From Octopus vulgaris (taxonomy: Eukaryota): a stretch of 64,000 nt of DNA. The stretch lies in contig OX597817.1 in the NCBI GenBank assembly GCA_951406725.2, positions 77,376,001 through 77,440,000 on the forward strand, written 5' to 3'. Below, one piece after another: positions 55,701 through 64,000 of the stretch. The notes under the pieces are model-generated. The model was given only the letters and a program-made list of their open reading frames with translations, was not told where the DNA came from and made no database searches. The position numbers were made by a program, and so were the translations under genes. Each line of letters starts with the position of its first letter. The first letter of the stretch is position 1.

Positions 55701-56671
55701 TACCAGGTATTTTGCAAAACAAAGATGGTTTCAGAGAGGTAGAGCAGTGGAGGAGGTGGCTTTGTGCCAGGCGATGAGAGATTTAAAGTATAACAGAGGG
55801 ACAGGAGGAGCTGTCTTGCTGTAGAGAAGATACATGGTTACCAGAGTTGGAGAGAGAACACAATACAGAGAGAGAGAGTGATCAAGAATGAGGATGAGTG
55901 AGAGTGGAAGAGAACAAGAATTTGAGAGATGGTGGCAATGTGTCAGAGCAAACTTTTAAGGTAACAGAGGTGAGAATATAAACTGGACGACAGAGCATTG
56001 CTAAGGGTGCATGAATAGGGAGTTCACCTGAATGCTTGCATGGGGTGGCAGTGGCAGTGGTGGTGGGGCTCTTCTATGAATTTTAATCTTTGTAAAGCAT
56101 GTAAACTCAAACACAAACAAAAGGAAACATTGGTGAGTATGACAATACCTTCCTTAAAAGCATGACACAATATATGTACAAGGAGACTACCATGTTAAAA
56201 CTAGTAGCTATTGACCAACAGGTTTGCAGTCTAGTACCCTTATTATTATATATTCTTGTGTTTTAATTGGAGATCATTATACGAAATGAAACTGTGTTTC
56301 TATGTTTTATGTAGAATGGCATGTATTATGTGTGTATGTCTGTGTATGCATGTGCACAGGGTTTATACAGGTAGGTATATAGGAACACGTGTGCTCAAAC
56401 ATACAGATATACGTGTTTACATATATACATACATATACATATATACATGTATATTCTATTATTTCTTGCAGTCATTTGACTGTGGCCATGCTGGAGTAGC
56501 TACTTGAGGGATTTTTGTAGAATGAATTAACTCCTGTTCTGAGATGTTTTAAAAGTATTGGTACTTATTCTATCAGTCACTTTCACTGAACTGATAAGTT
56601 ACGGACACATACACACAACAATACCAGTTCTTACCACACCGCCACACCAGCATCTATACATAAACATACAT

Positions 56672-56723
<52 letters not shown>

Positions 56724-56755
56724 GCATATATATATATATATGCATACATACATAC

Positions 56756-56827
<72 letters not shown>

Positions 56828-56861
56828 GCATATATATGTATGTATGTATATATATATATAT

Positions 56862-56902
<41 letters not shown>

Positions 56903-56937
56903 ATATATATATGCATATATATATATGTATATATACA

Positions 56938-56977
<40 letters not shown>

Positions 56978-57058
56978 ACATAATATAATATCTAACAGTT
57001 GATGAACCACCTATTGATCCCCTCCATTTTCTTATTGCTATATATATATATATATATA

Positions 57059-57135
<77 letters not shown>

Positions 57136-57336
57136 ATTTTTATATGTGTGTGTGTAAGTGTTTGTGTCTGTGTGCATATATATACTTGTATATAAGAGAT
57201 CTACTTGTCTGTGTCAGTGACCAGGTCATAGATTGTGTAATGAAATTTTGACACCAAATTTTAAAATGATTAAATGAAGTTAACAGCTTTTGCATGTTTT
57301 TGAATGGCTAATGTACAACTGCCACAATGTAAATGC

Positions 57337-57369
<33 letters not shown>

Positions 57370-57980
57370 ATAAAGACACATGCAGACATGCTTACATATG
57401 TTTATGTATTTCCATCTGTACATGCATACACAAGCACAAATAGGCAGGCAGACATAGCAGAAACCAACTAGCAGCACACTTGTGGAATGGTTACAATTAT
57501 AAAGAGGGGAAAAAAAAATGTCTTGATATTTAATTAGATTATTAATGAGAACTATTTAATGTTCTCCTTAACACAGAAAATGAAATGACTGTCTGCATAT
57601 ATAAATGTATCCATCACTATTTGTGTATGTCATCTGCATACTTGCAGAATTGTATGTACAGCATGTGTGTGTGTGTGTGTGTGTGTGAATGTGTGTGTGT
57701 GTGTGTGTGTGAGTGTGTGTGTGTGTGTGTGTGTGAGTGCATGCGTTAAATAGAAACACATGTACAAGCACACAAACACAGACATACATATTTAGATTTT
57801 AACATGAGGCTTCTAACTAGCTAAAGGTTCTTACATCAACCTAGAAGTCTATCACAGGCATAGCTCTAGATGTAGTGTGGATATATATACATGCATATAT
57901 ATACATATAGGCATATATGCATATATATAAATATATATATATACACATACATATATATATATATGTATATATACATACAT

Positions 57981-58345
57981 ATCATCATCATCGTTTAGCA
58001 TCCGCTTTCCATGTTAGCATGGGTTGGACGGTTCAACTGGGGTCTGGGAAGCCAGAAGGCTGCACCAGGCCCAGTCTGATCTGGCAATGTTTCTACAGCT
58101 GGATGCCCTTCCTAACACCAACCACTCCATGAGTGTAGTGGGTGCTTTTTATGTGCCACCGGCACAGGGGCCAGGCAGGGCTGGCAACGGCCACGAGTTA
58201 TGGTCTCACTTGTCCTGTCGGGTCTTCTCACGCACAGCATACTTCCAAAGGTCTCGGTCTCTAGTCATTTCCTTAGTGAGACCTAAAGTTAGAAGGTCGT
58301 GCTTCACCACCTCGTCCCAGGTTTTCCTGGGTCTGCCTCTTCCAC
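57981..58345 (-). mobile_element. 5'-truncated RTE-clade LINE
   Basis: Minus frame GRGRPRKTWDEVVKHDLLTLGLTKEMTRDRDLWKYAVREKTRQDK* (stop 58206-58208), a typical RTE C-terminus; then 3' UTR and (GAT)n tail. Confidence 0.9.
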
Positions 58346-58364
58346 ATATCTATATATATATATA

Positions 58365-58560
58365 TAAAGGGAAAGTTTACGAATATAAACAAAAGATGAA
58401 GGCAGGTGGAGTACAAACAAACAAATGTATTAGTATAGCGCTCAGGAATAGAAAAAGTCTTTTACGTTTCAAGCCTACGTTCTTCGACAGAAAGATACAC
58501 AGAAAAAACCAGGAGAGAAACAAGGAGAGAAAAAAATGCGTGTAGGAGCTAACGATCTAT
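58365..58560 (-). mobile_element. Penelope-like terminal repeat with minimal hammerhead-like motif
   Basis: TCTTT-CTGTCGA-AGAACGTAGGCTT-GAAA-CG-TA-AAAGA at 58495-58458; flanked by TA tracts. Confidence 0.55.
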
Positions 58561-58574
58561 CTATATGTATATTA

Positions 58575-58621
<47 letters not shown>

Positions 58622-58624
<3 letters not shown>

Positions 58625-58712
58625 AGCATTCGTGAAGTAAAACCATGTAGCAACACCAAATGGCGGTGCCCCAGCATGGCCACAGCTCATGAGCTGAAAC
58701 TAGAATCAATCA

Positions 58713-58790
<78 letters not shown>

Positions 58791-58924
58791 TGATTGATTC
58801 TAGTTTGATTCTATATATATATATATATATGATTGATTGATTCTAGTTTCAGCTCATGAGCTGTGGCCATGCTGGGGCACCGCCATTTGGTGTTGCTACA
58901 TGGTTTTACTTCACGAATGCTTTT
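58622..58924. repeat. Perfect 94-bp inverted repeat around (TA)n
   Basis: 58622-58715 is the exact reverse complement of 58831-58924. Confidence 0.95.
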
Positions 58925-58997
58925 TAGCAACTGCCATTTGGTGCATGAGAGAGTTCGATGCAGCTGCCCTCATCTGCACCTCCTGCTGTGAAGTTGG

Positions 58998-59032
<35 letters not shown>

Positions 59033-59173
59033 ATTGACAGGTAGATAGATAGAGCGAGAGAGAGAGAGAGAGACGGAAATTGGCACCGCCATTAGCTTAC
59101 CAGCTCCTATCAAACCGCTCAACCCATGCCAGCATGGAAAATGGATGGTTAATGGTGATGATGATGATAATGA

Positions 59174-59212
<39 letters not shown>

Positions 59213-59663
59213 CATCATTATTTAAAGCTCTCTTTCTCTTGCTCCCATTGACTGGGCAGAATTTCTATGGCTGGACTGTTGTCAATAATCTCCTCTTTCC
59301 AAGTGAGGTAATATTTTCTCATGACCAGTCATAGAAGATTGGATATGAAACGACTGCTTGCATCATGGTGACGCTTACATACAGCTATCATGCAGTGTCC
59401 AGGCAAGGAGATTGTTTATTTGTGTTTTTCTTGTGTTGACACGGTCTTGTAATTCTAAATGAATTTCACTGCGATTATAATCTGGGCCATTCATTTCTAA
59501 TATTTAGCAAATTCTAGTCTAGCCATGGAGAAATATTACTTTGCTTCGAAAGAGGTGAGATTCTGTGACAGGAATAGTATCTAGCTGGCAATTGAAAAAA
59601 AACGTCTCCTGACCCATGCAAACATGGAAAAGTAGATGGTAAGTCAATTATGTTACTGCTGAT

Positions 59664-60270
<607 letters not shown>

Positions 60271-60281
60271 CTGTATGTACA

Positions 60282-60456
60282 TGTTGGTGTGTTTATGTCC
60301 CTGTAACTTAGTGGTTCGGCAAAAGAGTCCGATAGAATAAGTACTAGGCTTACTAGGCTTACAAAGAATAATTCCTGGAGTCGATTGGTTTGACTAAGGC
60401 CAGAGCTCCAGCATGGCTGCTGTCAAATGACTGAAACAAGTAAAGGAATAAAAGAA
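60282..60456 (+). mobile_element. SINE family A, 3' half
   Basis: Central domain and tail; small TACTAGGCT duplication. Confidence 0.85.
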
Positions 60457-60539
60457 TATGAATATATATATATAAATACATATATTTAAGATGATACCTC
60501 TTACTGGATTTCTCTCTTTCTCTTCCTGTGTTTGCTTTT

Positions 60540-60614
<75 letters not shown>

Positions 60615-60615
60615 C

Positions 60616-60685
<70 letters not shown>

Positions 60686-60707
60686 ATATACATATACATA
60701 TATATAT

Positions 60708-60756
<49 letters not shown>

Positions 60757-60909
60757 CATATATATACATAAATATATATATATACATATATATATATATA
60801 CATACATACATATAAATAAATATATGTGCACGTATGTGTGCATGTGTGTGTGTTTGTATTTAAATACTGTATATGTATATAAATACTAATACATATATAT
60901 ACATACATT

Positions 60910-60992
<83 letters not shown>

Positions 60993-61233
60993 TACATACA
61001 TATACATACATGTACTGACTCTCTACAAGTATGTCTGTTTTCTAGTGTAACATATCTGATTGTTCATATTTGTGTGTGTACATGCATCTTGACCTGTATC
61101 AACATTCTAAATGTTAATTAACAAACTTTTGAACAGAAAATGAATATCAATTAATTAAACAGCAGGATGTTCCCATACACTGGCCAAGAGCAAACAAGTA
61201 ATAATAATAACAATAACAACAATAATATTAATA

Positions 61234-61280
<47 letters not shown>

Positions 61281-61357
61281 AATTATGATGATGATGATGA
61301 TAAAGATGATGTTATTCAATGACGTACCCCAGGATAGGCTTCAGAAAATCATGAAGC

Positions 61358-61658
61358 CAACCATATTCTGGGATATACCAAGATGCTCAGATTGGGAGAT
61401 CATGGTTAATCAACCAGATATTGGTTGTCAAGGGTCACCAAGAAAAAGGTTTGCCTTATAATCGACATATCCATCCCTATAGATGATACTGTATCTCTGA
61501 AAGAGCTGGGAAAAAAACTACTGAAATACAAGGACTTGGAAAAGAAACATCATGAATGTCGGGGCCTGAAAACAGAAACAATTGCATTTTATAATTGGTA
61601 CTTTAGGTATGGTCAAAAACCATGCAGACAAACACACAGCTAAAATACCAGGACTTAT
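61358..61658 (+). mobile_element. R4/Dong-type LINE remnant, restriction-like endonuclease domain
   Basis: Frameshifted TIFWDIP...VNQPDI / KKVCLIIDISIPIDDTVSLKEL.KKLLKYKDLE...LKTETI, matching the RPDI...IDxxxP...EKxxKY motif. Confidence 0.82.
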
Positions 61659-61660
61659 GG

Positions 61661-61703
<43 letters not shown>

Positions 61704-61704
<1 letters not shown>

Positions 61705-61769
61705 GTGGAGGTGCAATGGCCCAGTGGTTAGGGCAGCTAACTCGCAGTTGAAGGATCACGGTTTCGATT
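61704..61769 (+). mobile_element. Isolated tRNA-derived SINE head (third family)
   Basis: TGGCCCAGTGGTTAGGGC (A box) and GGTTTCGATT (B box), truncated at the Gypsy arm. Confidence 0.6.
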
Positions 61770-62705
61770 GACCTAAATTGATCAGAGATCCACTGAATCT
61801 TTGTTGATCTGAAATAAGGACAAAACAATTTCTTTCATGGTAGATTTGCCATTTGCATAAAGAATTCAAAAATATGTTGCAGCTTCCTTCATAATAGAAA
61901 GACACTATGATTCACTTTTGGAAAAGATGTTGAAAACAAATTAGAACAACACAGTTGGGTATTCCCCTGGAGTTAATGTAGCAAGTGGAGTCTGATATGG
62001 CTGTCTCAGTTATAAAATGAATCCCTATAGTGTAGAGACATGCAAGCTTTATCTTTCTCAAGTTTGATATATTCGAAAGCAGTAACAGCTTCTTGAGGAA
62101 TGGTAAAAGCTGAACATTTCATAAAGGGCTATATTTTATCAGTAAAATATATAAATATGTCCCCTATTTGCTGTATTAAACTAACAAGCATACATTATTT
62201 TCTTTTGTCTTTTTTTTTCTGCAAGTTCCATTTTAAAAGTAGGAACTTTAAGGCATCTAAGAGAAAACAACCTACCGGGATCAGGTGCTATTTTGTCATC
62301 TTGAATGTAAAAACAAAAAAAAACAAGAAAGAAAAGAAAAAAATCAAGGAAATTCATGTTTGTATAACAAAGTGTGTGTTTTTTTTTTTTTAGAAAGAGT
62401 TATATTTTGAAATCTTTGACACATGACAGAAGTGCCTGCAGATTTCTTGTCATGATTTTCCATGGAATTGCTGCATTCAATAAGATCATCTACATATGAG
62501 TAGGCAGATCCAAGATTATTCTGTGAGATAATTTGGTTCATTATTCAGTGAAAACATGCTACAGTATTCGAAAGGCCAAATGTAAGCCTTGCATACTTAT
62601 AGAATTGTTCCAAGGTTTCTGAAGCAGGTCTTTTACAGTCAGTTGTAGTTGATAGTAAGCATGTTTCATATTGACTTTGTTAAAATACAAATTCTGTGAT
62701 ATAAT
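61762..62705 (-). mobile_element. Decayed Ty3/Gypsy pol (RT to RNase H)
   Basis: Minus frames YFNKVNMKHAYYQLQL, MNQIISQNNLGSAYSYVDDLIEC (YVDD at 62496-62485), QEAVTAFEYIK, FITETAISD, IMKEAAT, NSLCKWQIY..RNCFVLISDQ. Confidence 0.85.
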
Positions 62706-62764
62706 ATTCTTTCTAATTTTGGCAAAAGGCCAGCATTTTAAAGGGGAGGGGAGACACAATTAGA

Positions 62765-63083
62765 TCAAAATATTAAACTTGAGAAAGATAATGCTTGCAT
62801 GCCTCCAGACTATAGGGATTCATTTTATAATTGAGACAGACATATCAGACACTACTCTACTTGCTACAATTAACTCAGGGGGAATACCCAGCTGTGTTGT
62901 TTTAATTTGTTTTCAACATCTTTCCCCAAAGTGAATCATAGTGTCTTTCTATTATGAAGGAAGCAGCAACATTTGTTCAATTCTTTATGCAAATGGCAAC
63001 TCTACCATGAAAGAAATTGTTTTGTCCTTATTTCAGATCAACAAAGATTCAGTGGATCTCTGATCAATTTAGGTCAATCAAAA
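62765..63083 (+). mobile_element. Second, inverted copy of the Gypsy RNase H segment
   Basis: FIIETDISDTTLLATINSGG, SIMKEAATFV, NSLCKWQLYHERNCFVLISDQ; reverse complement of 61762-62075. Confidence 0.85.
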
Positions 63084-63734
63084 GCTTTGCACAGAGAAGA
63101 CTATTGTTACTTCGTGCCTGTCCACAAAACAGACTGTTATGGTTCCATTTTAATAGAGGATGCATTGATTCAAAATAGAGCAACATTTAGCATGCCACAC
63201 TAAGTCCTTCACAGATGTCCTGCCTCATTCCTCCTGTATACACAGATTCTTGCACCATGGCTGTCAAAACTAAAACCATGGTGGAGTCTACTTGTTCTAT
63301 GTTGAAACTGACCAGATCCAATCTCTCACACCTATCCGACAATGTCATTCTAAACATATACAAACACACTATTGAAATCTTGAAGCTGCAAGATAATGCA
63401 TGATTAATTCAAAACAATGTGAATAAATAATGATATATAGTCGCAGGTGTAGTTGTGTGGTAAGAAGCTTGATTCCCAACAACACAGTTCTGGGTTCAAT
63501 CCTACTGTGTAGTGCCTTGGAGTCAAACAGCTGTTGTCACTTGCAAGATGGGTCCTGCTATTGATCAATCCATCATGGAGGTTGCCACATTACTTCTCAA
63601 TTAGGTCTGAGAGTGGAGGTAATTTACCTCAGTCTGTTGGCTGTGGTAGATACAGCTTCCCAGTTGATATGATATAAAGCACTAATGCCAGACACCTTCC
63701 AGTTTTACCAAACCTTCATCACTTTTTCTGATAC

Positions 63735-64000
63735 TGCTTGACTGGTTCTTATTTTATCAACCCTGAAAGGATGAAAGGCAAAGTTAACCTCAGACGCATT
63801 TCAACCCAGAATGTAAAGATTGAAGAGATGCCATTAAAAATTTTCTCCAGTATAGATTTTTCCGGCTTGCCTCCCTTTTTCTAATATAATTTTCCCTTTA
63901 CAAGGCCTGAAATTATGGGGGAGAGAGATAATTGATTACATCAACCCCAGTACTCAACTGGTACTTATTTCATTGATCCTGAAAGGGTGAAGGCAAAGAT
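63735..64000 (-). mobile_element. Two tandem SINE B fragments
   Basis: Reverse-complement central domains (ACTGGT(T/A)CTTATTT...CCTGAAAGG); the second runs off the window edge. Confidence 0.8.

Overview
AT-rich, repeat-dominated animal genomic DNA. The repeat repertoire strongly suggests a coleoid cephalopod (Octopus); this is recognition from memory, not a database hit. No intact protein-coding gene is supported, and almost all listed ORFs are microsatellite translations. The window contains: about 25 copies of one tRNA-derived SINE with an internal (TA)n(TG)n tract (family A); about 15 copies of a second tRNA-derived SINE (family B); RTE, CR1-like and Dong/R4-like LINE ends; DD37D (maT), mariner, piggyBac-type and GGATC-ended DNA elements; a Helitron; Penelope-like fragments; and a decayed Gypsy pol. 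Structure beyond the catalogue: (1) a CpG-retaining to CpG-decayed transition near 26 kb, beside a promoter-like site; (2) a chain of strong minus-strand splice sites that suggests a spliced, probably non-coding transcript; (3) several inverted repeats that could form dsRNA; (4) a 116-bp direct repeat flanking one SINE. Repeat boundaries were read by eye and are approximate unless a TIR or TSD is quoted.
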